Positions 47,269 to 57,440 are shown, numbered from the stretch's first letter. The stretch is 64,000 nucleotides of DNA from Spirochaetia bacterium (GCA_963675665.1 OY776510.1:4832001-4896000); one strand, 5' to 3'. Translations and numbers: made by a program. The notes: generated by a model not told the origin, from the letters alone.

Positions 47269-49392
47269 TCAGAAGTGAAATTCGTAATAATCGTAGTCGT
47301 AACTTTGAGAATCATAACTGCTGATCCAGGAAAAAAGCGGATTTAAAGCTCCCGACAGAACCGTAGCATCGCTCATGGTGTCATTATTCTCATAATTGTC
47401 GTCGCTTCTCAGAGCATTTGGTATATAGATCGTATTAATTTCATCAATATAGGATGGCACAATTCTCCATGTACAGGATGTATTGTCAGCATCGGAATAT
47501 AAGAGAACTCCATGATCTTCATCATAGGGAATACTAATATTCATAACTCCATATACATATGGTCCGCTGTAATAGTCATTCAACCACTCAATGTCAGCAA
47601 TTTGGGACCAAAGAGTTTCATAATAACGAAAGTACTGCGTGTATCTATCTTCCGACGTCGCTTTATTCGGAAGACAGACCAGAATTCTGGCATTCAGATT
47701 ACCGCCGTCATCAACAACAACAAATGCAGGACTGTCGGAAGGATCCTCGGGAATATTATTGTCCTCATCCGTTTCAGCAACTGCATCTCCGCTGTCGACA
47801 ACTGCATAAACTGTGTAGAACCCGCCGTTTTCGCCGTCAGGAAAGATGGCATCGTAGGTTACAAGCTTTTTACCCGGCGCCAGGTCATCGGTTACGGTTG
47901 TTGAACCAAGTTCTATATCATCCGGAGCAGAAGGATTCAGACCTGCATTGGGACTTGCGTAGAACGATATTGTAAAATCTGTGGTTACTGTATCGCTGCC
48001 GCTGTTTTTAATAGCAACCGATACCGGCACTGTTCCGCCGTCGGCGTCCGCCAGGCTTTGGGTTAATGATGTGCTGATATAGGAAACTTCCAGGTCTATG
48101 TCCTTGCTGACAATATCCAGATTTACCGTACCTGTGTCCGGCTCATCATCCCATTCGGTAAGACTTCCGGTGATTGCGGCGCCTATATCATATGAGCCCT
48201 CCGTCATTGATGCCGGGTACACCGAACCGTCGCCGGCTACGGCATAGAGAACAATCTCGTTACCGTTTCCGCTGCCGTCGACGTCCCACGGCACGGCAGG
48301 GCATGAAGCCGCGGCCCAGGTGTGAAGCACGGTATCATCCGCGGCAATGTATTCGCCGTCGGCAACAGTATCGTAGTAAAGAACTACACTGTATGCATTT
48401 GCAGCCGCTGCGGCATAACCGTCATTTGAAATCGTAACCGCGGCCTCAACCGCACCCCCGGCCAATGCGTAACCGGGCAGATCTACTGCGGAAATCCATA
48501 AATCGGGTTGAGCGGTCCCTGAATACAGCCAAAATGAATCTGTTCCGCCCTCGTTGATCTCGGTGATGGCATCATCGGGATCAACCGTGGCTCTTAAAAG
48601 ATCCGACCAGTCGTCGACATCAGCCTCGGCAACAGTTTCATCCGTCGCCATATTGGCAATGCTCGGCATGGTAATATCTGCCGTGCCGGTAACAAAGGCA
48701 TTCGGATACAGGGCCGCAGCCAGAACAACCGATGCCGTGCCGAATTCCGTATATGTTCCCAAGATATCCACTTCAAAGCTTACGGCTATGGTCGTGCCTT
48801 CGCCAAGGACCTTGTTTCCGGCATTTGTGATTTTAAACCATACCGGGAAAACAGATCCCGCGACTCTATAGACGGACGGCGGGTTAATGAAATTAATTTC
48901 AAGGTCCGCTTCATTTGTCGCTCCTACTATCAACTGGACAACAGAGATATTAAGAAGTTTTCCGTTTATTTCAACGGCAGGATCCCCCGCAGTGGCTTCA
49001 AACGACGCAAAGAGGTAAATCGGAACGGGATCGGCAACCGGAGTTCCCGCAGGAACATCAAGCTCAATAACAGTCTCAGAACCAGCCGCGATACTCCTGG
49101 TACCTGCCGCGATGTTATCACCCTCGGTGGACAGATCGTAATCACTGCTGATTGTAAAACTTACCTCGTAACTCCCTTCGGAAGAATTACTGTGCTGATC
49201 ATTTATGTAAACCGGAACATATATTTTACCGGCCACTGCTGTCCTGACTGATGATATTCCTTCTGCAGGGCTGAAGACGCCAAGGGATATCATCATGTCG
49301 GAAGGCAGGTCGCTGTTCAGCACCCCGGGGCATCCGGTAAAGACCAGCGCCGCGAGCAGAACAGCCGCTATTATTAATATTTTCTTAAACAT
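47269..49392 (-). CDS. Acidic surface lipoprotein with CARDB/Ig-like repeats
   Basis: Lipobox FTGC; three DL.(I/V)...(T/S/K)N.G units, VD..D...E..E motifs. Confidence 0.75.
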   Translation of the reverse strand: MFKKILIIAAVLLAALVFTGCPGVLNSDLPSDMMISLGVFSPAEGISSVRTAVAGKIYVPVYINDQHSNSSEGSYEVSFTISSDYDLSTEGDNIAAGTRSIAAGSETVIELDVPAGTPVADPVPIYLFASFEATAGDPAVEINGKLLNISVVQLIVGATNEADLEINFINPPSVYRVAGSVFPVWFKITNAGNKVLGEGTTIAVSFEVDILGTYTEFGTASVVLAAALYPNAFVTGTADITMPSIANMATDETVAEADVDDWSDLLRATVDPDDAITEINEGGTDSFWLYSGTAQPDLWISAVDLPGYALAGGAVEAAVTISNDGYAAAAANAYSVVLYYDTVADGEYIAADDTVLHTWAAASCPAVPWDVDGSGNGNEIVLYAVAGDGSVYPASMTEGSYDIGAAITGSLTEWDDEPDTGTVNLDIVSKDIDLEVSYISTSLTQSLADADGGTVPVSVAIKNSGSDTVTTDFTISFYASPNAGLNPSAPDDIELGSTTVTDDLAPGKKLVTYDAIFPDGENGGFYTVYAVVDSGDAVAETDEDNNIPEDPSDSPAFVVVDDGGNLNARILVCLPNKATSEDRYTQYFRYYETLWSQIADIEWLNDYYSGPYVYGVMNISIPYDEDHGVLLYSDADNTSCTWRIVPSYIDEINTIYIPNALRSDDNYENNDTMSDATVLSGALNPLFSWISSYDSQSYDYDYYEFHF

Positions 49393-49401
49393 AAGGGCCC
49401 C

Positions 49402-51156
49402 CTAATATTTCATAATGCCCATAACGGTAAAATCATCAATTTCTATTGAATCTCCGGTTGCAAGTATGTCAATCGAAAAATTATCGGATATTTTCAGTTC
49501 AGCTCCGAATTCCCCGTTTGAATTGAAATCGAAATCACCGCTGAAACTTGTATCGGGTTCGCTGTAGTTATCAAAACCGTCTTTCTGCCTGATAGTGTAA
49601 CTGTTATCCGCGTTCAGATTATCTGTGAACTGTTCATATATGAGTAAGTTATTGCCGGTTTCGAGCGAGCTTGTTGTTGCCATTGTGAATACAGCCTGCA
49701 CAGAATAACCGGCGCGAAAAGTCATCAGCTCATTTGCTCTCCACTCCGCGCTTACAGGAAGGGTAAGCTCAATTTCAGTAGTATAATTATTGTTTTTAAC
49801 TTCCCAGCCGCTCTCGGTATACAGCGTATCAGTGTCTCCGGCGTCGGCATAACTGCCGTTCCCGTTATTATCGGACTGTGTCCAGGTTGTTCTGGCCTGT
49901 GTTCTTGTATCATTTTTTATATCAAGAGAGACGGCAAGCGACGGTACCGCCGTTACCGTTGCATTATCTGCCGGTCTGAAGATTTTTTGTACCCCGCCCC
50001 CGACTTTGGTATACATATAAAGCCTGGGCTTCAGGGTTGTTACGGTTGAGGTAATTTCACGACCGGTTTCGGGATTCGCCTCGTCGGCATCGTTGTAATT
50101 GATATCAGTTATACTGTGAACTGTTTGAAGAGTTCCCATCGGGAAATCAAATCCGATATCAAACGGTACAACAACAGTAAAGCCGTCCATCGGAAGCTCG
50201 GTTATTGAACCTATGCCTGTTCCGATAGTGGAAAGGTACGCAGGAGCAGCGGTATCCATATCAAACGACGGCTGGTATGTCCAGTCATAATAATACTGTC
50301 CGCTGTATTCCTCTATCGAATCGGTATCGCGCACGGTGTCGTCAACTCCGGTACCGATATTGTAATCCGTAGTTGTTATTTCATATATGTTTCCTATTCT
50401 AAGGTTATTTGCGGACAAACCCAGCGAAACTTTGGTAACAAAATCCTGGGTATTCATACCGAATTCCAGATCAAGGGCTATATCGTTTTCATTGTTGGAC
50501 AAAAGTTTGTTTACCGTTTCGATTCGCTGACCTTTAGCAGTCAGGCTTGCTTCCGTAGGGGCAGCCGTATTGGAATAGGTATTTGTGTAATCAACATTAT
50601 GCGTATCATGCGAGTGCAGTGAAAAAAGTAATTGAACTGCTCCGGCCATACCTTCGGCTAAACTAAAAATTGAATGAGCAAGCAAATCATGATCATGAGT
50701 TGTATTTTTAATATTGTCAAAAACGTCTTCATAAATAAAATCGTACCTTCCGGTCGCCTGATTATAGGTATCATAAGTCAGTTCGATATTCTGAAAATCG
50801 TCTTCTGTTTTCTCGGTGTCTTCGCCGCCTACTTCGGAAATATCGATATCCGTCCAGGTCCTGTAATCCATCATAAAACCCAGCGTATCGCTTACAGCCC
50901 ATCCGGCGCGAAGTCCTTCTATCTGAAGGGGGTCGTCCGCACCGAACTGCTGACCGCTGTTGTCAAGGGCGAAAAACAGGGTCATCCCCTCCAGCAGGCC
51001 GGCATAGGCCGGGTTCATCAGGTAATCATACTGGTTCATACTGTTTCCGTAAGATGATATATTCGTATTTGAACCGGTAGTCGTTATGACTTCCTGTGAA
51101 AAAACAGCAAATGTCAAACACATCGTTAGAATAAGTAAAAATAATATTCTTTTCAT
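49402..51156 (-). CDS. Secreted protein, probable outer-membrane beta-barrel
   Basis: Signal peptide, early NPA motif, T/D/N-rich amphipathic strands, C-terminal Tyr. Confidence 0.6.
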   Translation of the reverse strand: MKRILFLLILTMCLTFAVFSQEVITTTGSNTNISSYGNSMNQYDYLMNPAYAGLLEGMTLFFALDNSGQQFGADDPLQIEGLRAGWAVSDTLGFMMDYRTWTDIDISEVGGEDTEKTEDDFQNIELTYDTYNQATGRYDFIYEDVFDNIKNTTHDHDLLAHSIFSLAEGMAGAVQLLFSLHSHDTHNVDYTNTYSNTAAPTEASLTAKGQRIETVNKLLSNNENDIALDLEFGMNTQDFVTKVSLGLSANNLRIGNIYEITTTDYNIGTGVDDTVRDTDSIEEYSGQYYYDWTYQPSFDMDTAAPAYLSTIGTGIGSITELPMDGFTVVVPFDIGFDFPMGTLQTVHSITDINYNDADEANPETGREITSTVTTLKPRLYMYTKVGGGVQKIFRPADNATVTAVPSLAVSLDIKNDTRTQARTTWTQSDNNGNGSYADAGDTDTLYTESGWEVKNNNYTTEIELTLPVSAEWRANELMTFRAGYSVQAVFTMATTSSLETGNNLLIYEQFTDNLNADNSYTIRQKDGFDNYSEPDTSFSGDFDFNSNGEFGAELKISDNFSIDILATGDSIEIDDFTVMGIMKY

Positions 51157-51283
51157 ATTCTCTCCATAGTATATTTAATTCTTAACCTTTTAATTATAAC
51201 ACCGTTTCAAATTTTCCGAATGAATTTTGCAGCTTGGAAATATGAAAACCCGATATATTTTTCTATTATCATATTGTCTGACA

Positions 51284-51312
51284 TTGACAATATCTGATAT
51301 TAGTATTATACT
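51284..51312 (+). promoter_or_regulatory. sigma70 promoter
   Basis: TTGACA-17-TATACT. Confidence 0.72.
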
Positions 51313-51341
51313 ATAGGCAAAAATAAGCAAAGGAGACATTA

Positions 51342-52418
51342 ATGGAATATAAAAGCCCTTTACATGAAACTGTAGAAACAACAGTTACCGATGTATGGAA
51401 TGATTCATGTTCTGTAGAAGAATTAGCATATTCAATTGAGAACGGCGCAACAGGAGCAACAACCAATCCGATAATAGTCGGAAACGTGCTGAAAAAGGAG
51501 ATGCATCTCTGGGAAGACCGGATCAGGGAACTTGTTAAAGAGATGCCGGAAGCTTCCGAGATTGATATCGCATGGAAGCTGAATGAAGAAATGGCGATCA
51601 AGGGAGCGGAAATGCTCAAACCTGTGTTCGACAAACATGACGGCATGAAGGGCCGAATAAGCATTCAGACGAATGCCCAGGATTACCGAAACTGGAAAAA
51701 AATGGCGGAGCAGGCAATCCATTTCAATACGCTTGCCGAGAACATGCAGGTAAAAATGCCGGTAACCGCCGCAGGCGTTAAGGCAATTGAAGAAGCCACA
51801 GCTGCCGGAGTAAATGTCAACGCTACAGTCAGCTTTACGGTTCCTCAGGCGCTTGCAGTTGCAGAAGCGGTAGAAAGAGGCCTCAAGAGACGCGAAGCTG
51901 ATGGCAAAGATATTTCGAAGATGACCCCTGTATGTACTATTATGGTCGGGCGAATGGACGACTGGCTGAAAGTAATACAAAAGAAAGAGAACATTGCCGT
52001 TACACCCGGCGTTATAGACTGGGCCGGAGTAGCAGTTTTCAAAAATGCCTACAGGATCTATAAGGAACGCGGATACAAAACAAGACTTCTCGCGGCCGCA
52101 TACAGAAACCATCTTCAGTGGAGCGAGTTCATCGGCGGCGATGTTGTTCTGACAATACCGTATTCGTGGCAGAAAAGATTCAACGCTTCGGACGTTGAAG
52201 TAAAAGAAAGAATGGATAATCCCGTAGATCCTGCAATCATTGATGAGCTTAAGAAAAAATTCCCTGACTTTATCAGAGGGTATGAAGCAGACGGAATGAA
52301 GCCGGAAGAATTTGAGCATTATGGTGCAACACAAAGAACACTCCGGGGTTTTATAGCCGGGTATACAGATCTATTAAGCGTTATAAGGGACTTCATGGTT
52401 CCTAATCCGGACGTATAA
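51342..52418 (+). CDS. tal: Transaldolase family protein
   Basis: WNDS, GATTNP, VKMP (Schiff-base Lys), NAT, MVGR.DD. Confidence 0.85.
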   Translation: MEYKSPLHETVETTVTDVWNDSCSVEELAYSIENGATGATTNPIIVGNVLKKEMHLWEDRIRELVKEMPEASEIDIAWKLNEEMAIKGAEMLKPVFDKHDGMKGRISIQTNAQDYRNWKKMAEQAIHFNTLAENMQVKMPVTAAGVKAIEEATAAGVNVNATVSFTVPQALAVAEAVERGLKRREADGKDISKMTPVCTIMVGRMDDWLKVIQKKENIAVTPGVIDWAGVAVFKNAYRIYKERGYKTRLLAAAYRNHLQWSEFIGGDVVLTIPYSWQKRFNASDVEVKERMDNPVDPAIIDELKKKFPDFIRGYEADGMKPEEFEHYGATQRTLRGFIAGYTDLLSVIRDFMVPNPDV

Positions 52419-52510
52419 GTTCGACAGATGAAGTATTTTTGACCTGTCAATAATACTTTAGAAAGAGAGTAGAAAATAAAGATTTTCTACCCTCCTTTCT
52501 CTTCCTTGTT

Positions 52511-52540
52511 TCCCCGCTGAAAGCCGCAGCGGGGATTTTT
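52511..52540 (+). terminator. Rho-independent terminator
   Basis: TCCCCGCTG/CAGCGGGGA plus TTTTT. Confidence 0.72.
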
Positions 52541-52589
52541 AATATCAGGAGACCCTGATAACCCCAATCCGGGTTATTGAAAAACCATT

Positions 52590-53594
52590 CTATTTGATTC
52601 TTGATTCTGTCCGCCATGGATCAGCATTTGTTCCAAGGATCTTTTTTACAGAACTGGTGGCGTTTTCAAGTTTTTCTGCTAATTCATCAGAGATTGTTAC
52701 TGCCATTGCTTCGGCATTTCTCAGCATCTGGCCAGGATTCCTGGCACCTGCTATAACTGCTGTAACTTCAGGTTTGTGAAGTAACCAGGATATCGCCGCA
52801 TCTCCCAATGAGATATCACTTTCTTTACAAATCACTCTTAAATCATCCAGAGCCTTAAATACTTCAAGCTCACAACCGGGTTCGTCATGAACAGTCCCGG
52901 GACGATCTTTTGAATAGAATCTAAGCCTTGCACGTTCTTCACTGACATCTTCCGGTTTGCTGAATTTGCCGGTAAGCAGCCCCTGTGCAAGCGGGCTGTA
53001 TGCAAGAATTCCAATCTGATTCTTCCTGCAGCATGCAGCTATCTCATATTCTACTGCCCTGAAGAGCAGACTGTAACATAACTGATTGGAGACTATTTCA
53101 GTAGATTCAATAGCTTCGGAAAGCTGACTACAACCGTGATTACAAACACCAATAGCACGTACCTTTCCTGCTGTTTTCAGTTGCTCCATCATTTTCAGGG
53201 TTTCTTCAATAGAGATCTCCGGATTAAGCCAATGCGTCTGCAATAAATCAATATAGTCAGTCTTCAGGCGCCTGAGAGACCCTTCGACAGCTTCAGTTAC
53301 CCCGGCAGCCGACATATGAGTGGTCCATATCTTGGTGGCAATAACTGCATTATTTCTTCGGCCTTCAAGTCCTTTACCTAAAACCTCTTCTGAATATCCT
53401 TCAGAATAGAATTCGGCAGTATCAAAAGTATTAATCCCGCAATCTATTGCTGCGCTGATTGTGTCAATTGATTCTTTCTCCTCCTGAGCACCCCAGGTAT
53501 ATCCGCCGCCTATTCCCCAACATCCCATGATGATGGGTGATACTTTTACATCGCTGTTGCCGAGCTTGATTAATCCATTCTTTATTGTCTTCAT
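52590..53594 (-). CDS. Aldo/keto reductase
   Basis: GCWGIGG, FDTAEFY, ATK, SLRRLKTDYIDL, YSPLAQGLLTGK. Confidence 0.93.
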   Translation of the reverse strand: MKTIKNGLIKLGNSDVKVSPIIMGCWGIGGGYTWGAQEEKESIDTISAAIDCGINTFDTAEFYSEGYSEEVLGKGLEGRRNNAVIATKIWTTHMSAAGVTEAVEGSLRRLKTDYIDLLQTHWLNPEISIEETLKMMEQLKTAGKVRAIGVCNHGCSQLSEAIESTEIVSNQLCYSLLFRAVEYEIAACCRKNQIGILAYSPLAQGLLTGKFSKPEDVSEERARLRFYSKDRPGTVHDEPGCELEVFKALDDLRVICKESDISLGDAAISWLLHKPEVTAVIAGARNPGQMLRNAEAMAVTISDELAEKLENATSSVKKILGTNADPWRTESRIK

Positions 53595-53655
53595 TTATTC
53601 TCCTATAAAAAGTCAACCACAAGCTAAAAATATAAGCTTATGATCTGGTCGGATA

Positions 53656-54768
53656 TCAACCGACCATTACAGCTTCCCATGCTGCTGCCTGCATTTCCCT
53701 GTATTCTTTTCTAAAAGCCATTTTCATCGGATCAAACGGCTCTCTGGTTTTTAAAATTGTATATACCAAAGTGCTCATCTTGCGGGCGGCAGCTATTACA
53801 CTCTTACCCGAGCCTTTCTGCTTCTTCATCGCTGCATACTTCGTCATTATTCGGTACGTCCCGGTCTTCTTTTGCATACGAACCATTCCCATCACCATCT
53901 GTACGAAGGCTGTCCTCAGTTCTACAGGCCCACGCTTTGTTATATGTCCATGATGTATTGTCATATTTGAGTTCTGCACCCATGGCACAAGCCCGGCGTT
54001 TGCTGCATATTTCTTCGCACTATCATATCTGCCGATATCGTCTGTATAGGCTCTTACTGTTGCTGCTGTTATTAGACCCACGCCTGGTATTGTCTGCAGA
54101 AGCTCAACATCTTCATCGTCCTCCACAAGCTCAGCCAAAACCTTTTCAAGCTGCTTGACTTGCGATGCCTGATTATCTATCATATCCAGTAACGGTATTA
54201 CCGTTTTGGCAGCGCTTCCGTAAAAGTCGTGGTCCTCGAGACCGTTCAGGATTCGCTGCCTTTCTTTTTTACTCTGCAGCTGTCCGCGTTTGGTCTCTAT
54301 TCCATAACCAAGTAATAAGCCATGCACCTGGTTCTTTAACGACACAACAGATTTTACCAGTATCGACCTGGATTTCAGCACCCTTCGAATATCCTCACTC
54401 TCTTGGGAACATAATATCGATTCAGGCAGCATGTCTTTCTCAAGAAACTCCGCCAGGGTGCGTGCATCATGTTTGTCTGTCTTTTTTACAGATTCATTCA
54501 CTACCTTGAATTTCAAAGTATTCACTACAACCACTTCGACTCCAGCCTTTAACAGTTTATTGCGGAAATAACGGGCATTCCCGGTTGTTTCCACCGCTGC
54601 TCTCAACTCATATTCCTCTTCACAATATTCATCCAGCATTTTCAGAAATGCTCCATAACCATTTCCGCTGGTCGGATACATTCCCAATTGATCAATTTTT
54701 CGGTCTTCACTTAAAAGGCATACTGTAAACTGCGTTTTGTGAAGATCCACGCCAATACTCATCTTCAT
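53656..54768 (-). CDS. IS110 family transposase/recombinase
   Basis: GVDLHK, VETTG, KTDKHDA, TIPGVG, GLVP...NS, A.ARK. Confidence 0.95.
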   Translation of the reverse strand: MKMSIGVDLHKTQFTVCLLSEDRKIDQLGMYPTSGNGYGAFLKMLDEYCEEEYELRAAVETTGNARYFRNKLLKAGVEVVVVNTLKFKVVNESVKKTDKHDARTLAEFLEKDMLPESILCSQESEDIRRVLKSRSILVKSVVSLKNQVHGLLLGYGIETKRGQLQSKKERQRILNGLEDHDFYGSAAKTVIPLLDMIDNQASQVKQLEKVLAELVEDDEDVELLQTIPGVGLITAATVRAYTDDIGRYDSAKKYAANAGLVPWVQNSNMTIHHGHITKRGPVELRTAFVQMVMGMVRMQKKTGTYRIMTKYAAMKKQKGSGKSVIAAARKMSTLVYTILKTREPFDPMKMAFRKEYREMQAAAWEAVMVG

Positions 54769-54803
54769 GTTCTATCTCCAATAGTTTGAAGCAGTGCCTA
54801 TAC

Positions 54804-54956
54804 GGTGAATTGTTCCATTCTCCTATCCGGTCTCGCAGACCATTGAATGTTTCGGTTACGGCTCTTCAATCTCCTAAACGGTCTCGCGGACCAGTAAAAA
54901 TGTCGAACAGTAACCTTACTGCCTCAATTAAAGTTAAGGCAGTATATCAATTCACC
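54804..54956 (-). ncRNA. Putative bridge RNA (IS110 guide RNA)
   Basis: Closing stem 54804-54812/54948-54956; 5' hairpin 54917-54944; two isomorphic loops around GGTC-N5-GACC whose flanks match the target and donor junctions. Confidence 0.8.
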
Positions 54957-54988
54957 AGCTCATGAAGACTTTTTATCATTCCTCCTAA

Positions 54989-55726
54989 TTAGTCAAACAG
55001 CAATCCGCCATTTAAATCTATAATTTCTCCGGTAATAAATCCGGATAATTCGTCCGCAAGAAATCTTACGACATGAGCGAATTCTTCCGGTTCACAAAAT
55101 CTGTGTACCGGTATTTTATTCAGAACCTGTTGCTTTTCTTCCTCAGTCAACTGCTCTGTAACCATTGGGGTTTTTATATATGCCGGTGAAATACCGTTTA
55201 CAGTAATTCCTTCGCCGGCAAGTTCCGCAGCTAATGAAAAAGTCAGCGAAGAAACACCTCCCTTGGAAGTTGAATAAGCTGTTCCGGCAGTTATTCCACC
55301 GCTCTTGGCGGCAAGTGAAGATGTATTTATTATTCTTCCCCACCCTTTTCTTTTCATTCCCGGTATTACAGCTTTTGCTGTAAAGAACATTCCGTTAAGA
55401 TTGATATTAATAACCTGCTCCCATTCTGAAACTTCTGTCGTCTGAGATTTGTTTTTTGACAGGATCCCGGCATTATTCACAAGAATATCAATGTCCCCCC
55501 ATTTCTTTTCAATAAATTGTACAGCTTCATCAACATCAGCGGCGTTGCTTACATCGAACGCTACAGCCATAGTTTTCCCGTTATAATCGGCGGCCAGTGC
55601 ATCCAGCTTCCGCTGATCGATATCCGCCATTACTACGCGACAACCTTCATTGACTAACATCTCCGTCACCGCCTTTCCCATAATTCCGGCTGCTCCTGTA
55701 ACCAGTGCCGTTTTGTCTCCAATCAT
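54989..55726 (-). CDS. SDR family oxidoreductase (FabG-like)
   Basis: TGAAGIMG, NNAG, YSTSK, FITGE. Confidence 0.9.
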   Translation of the reverse strand: MIGDKTALVTGAAGIMGKAVTEMLVNEGCRVVMADIDQRKLDALAADYNGKTMAVAFDVSNAADVDEAVQFIEKKWGDIDILVNNAGILSKNKSQTTEVSEWEQVININLNGMFFTAKAVIPGMKRKGWGRIINTSSLAAKSGGITAGTAYSTSKGGVSSLTFSLAAELAGEGITVNGISPAYIKTPMVTEQLTEEEKQQVLNKIPVHRFCEPEEFAHVVRFLADELSGFITGEIIDLNGGLLFD

Positions 55727-55744
55727 CCTGATTCCTCCGTTTCG

Positions 55745-56518
55745 TCAGGCTGCTGTCCAGCCGCCGTCTACATATAAAATCTGTCCTGTTATAAACTCTG
55801 CACAAGGTGAGCAAAGGAAGGCAACCGCAGATGCTATATCGCAAAGCTCAGCAAGCCTTTTTTTTGGGATTCTTCCAAGTACCCACTCTCGACTCTTCGA
55901 ATCATCAAGTATTGATTTATTCATCATGGTTGCGGCAAATGTAGGTGCAACTGCATTAACCGATATGTTTTCCTCTGCCCATTCAATTGCAAGAGATTTG
56001 GTCATCATGTTAACCGCCCCTTTACTCGGTGCATATGCCATATCACCTGCACGTCCCTGTAAACCCCGTACCGATGAAAAATTTACAATTCTGCCCTTTT
56101 TTCGCTCGAGCATTATCCTGCCGGCCTGCTGACACATTAGAAAGGTACCTTTAAGATTTACATTCATGACAAAATCCCATTTCTCTTCCGGAAAACTTAC
56201 CGAGGGTTCCAGATGAGAGACTCCGGCACAGTTTACAAGATTATCTATGCAACCATATTTATCAGCAGCGGCATCTATACATGCTGCAGCATCAACTTTT
56301 CTGGTGATATCACATACGACCGGAAAAACCTCAATTCCTTCAGATTTCAACTTTTCTTCTGCGAGCTTCAGTGCATTCCTGTTCAAATCCACAATAACTA
56401 TCCTGCTGCCGAGCCCGCCAAGAGCCATTGCTGTTTCCAAACCCAGACCACCCCCACCTCCCGTAATTACGGAAACTGTATTTTCTATTCCATACATGTC
56501 TTTAAGATTATATTCCAT
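55745..56518 (-). CDS. SDR, gluconate 5-dehydrogenase/KduD-like
   Basis: TGGGGGLG, NCAG, YAPSK, LAIEWA, VDGG; start after GGAG. Confidence 0.82.
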   Translation of the reverse strand: MEYNLKDMYGIENTVSVITGGGGGLGLETAMALGGLGSRIVIVDLNRNALKLAEEKLKSEGIEVFPVVCDITRKVDAAACIDAAADKYGCIDNLVNCAGVSHLEPSVSFPEEKWDFVMNVNLKGTFLMCQQAGRIMLERKKGRIVNFSSVRGLQGRAGDMAYAPSKGAVNMMTKSLAIEWAEENISVNAVAPTFAATMMNKSILDDSKSREWVLGRIPKKRLAELCDIASAVAFLCSPCAEFITGQILYVDGGWTAA

Positions 56519-56529
56519 ATTTAGCTCCA

Positions 56530-56570
56530 TGTTTGATATTTAGAATACATTTAAATTTTCTATATGTCAA
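56530..56570 (-). promoter_or_regulatory. sigma70 promoter with overlapping putative IclR operator
   Basis: TTGACA-17-TATTCT; TATTCTAAATATCAAACA. Confidence 0.78.
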
Positions 56571-56654
56571 TAGTGATTTTATATTTAGATTATTCGTTGC
56601 CTTATCCTGAAAAATGAGGGATAATAGTGATACAAATTTTTCAAGGAGTTCTCA

Positions 56655-57431
56655 ATGTCCGAAAGCAAATATAACGTACCTAATCTTGAGCGAGCCCTTA
56701 AAATGATAGAATTCCTATCAAAGCAACCTAAATCTTTCGGGATTTCCGAAATAGCCGATCACCTTTCTTATCCCAAAAACAGCGTATTCAGAATTCTTAA
56801 AACTCTGGTAAACCAGGGATATATGATTGAAAACAGCAATCAGTATCAGCTCAGTACAAAATTTCTGGCTGTAGGTTACAACGCACTCGGAGAATCCAAT
56901 CTCACGGGTAAAGCAACTGATTCGATGATAGAACTTCGTAATGAATCTCATGAAACAGTAATATTGGGAAAGATTACAGGTTCTGAAGGTGTTGTTCTTG
57001 ATGTTATTCTTAGTGATGAGCCGGTAAAATTCGTTATTGATGTCGGTCATCATTTTAAATTACATACTTCAGCCCCCGGAAAAGCCATACTTGCTTATAC
57101 CGCAGAAGAAGAACGGCATAAAATCATCGAGGGAATAGATTTTATTGTATATAACGAAAATACGATAAAAGACCGTTTTCAATTTGAAGAAGAATTAAAA
57201 AGGGTCAGGGAAAAAGGATACGGAGTAGATCAGGGCGAAAAAATAATCGGTCTGCATTGTCTGGCCGCACCTATATTTAATTACCAGAAACAGCCTATCG
57301 CCGCCATATGGATAACCGGACCGTCTTTCCGAATGCCTGTTGAGCGTTTTGATGAGTACGGTGCAATGGTTAAAAAGTATGCATACCGGATTTCCTCGCA
57401 GTTTGGTTATGATCAGGTGATTCATGAATAA
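56655..57431 (+). CDS. IclR family transcriptional regulator
   Basis: VP.LERAL..., K.SVFRIL.TL, H.SAPGKA.LA, C.AAPIF. Confidence 0.93.
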   Translation: MSESKYNVPNLERALKMIEFLSKQPKSFGISEIADHLSYPKNSVFRILKTLVNQGYMIENSNQYQLSTKFLAVGYNALGESNLTGKATDSMIELRNESHETVILGKITGSEGVVLDVILSDEPVKFVIDVGHHFKLHTSAPGKAILAYTAEEERHKIIEGIDFIVYNENTIKDRFQFEEELKRVREKGYGVDQGEKIIGLHCLAAPIFNYQKQPIAAIWITGPSFRMPVERFDEYGAMVKKYAYRISSQFGYDQVIHE

Positions 57432-57440
57432 CGTATTTTG

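Larger units (their letters stand above)
53601..54981 (-). mobile_element. IS110-family element
   Basis: DEDD transposase; 10-bp sub-terminal IR ATAAAAAGTC (53605-53614)/GACTTTTTAT (54967-54976); TAGGAG at both junctions; ends uncertain by a few nt. Confidence 0.9.

Noticed and set aside
51432-52334. 300-aa minus-strand ORF
   Set aside because: Antisense shadow of transaldolase with no recognisable motifs
54820-54900. Two similar ~30-bp units as a mini CRISPR or tandem repeat
   Set aside because: Only two units, no cas genes; better explained as the two bridge-RNA loops
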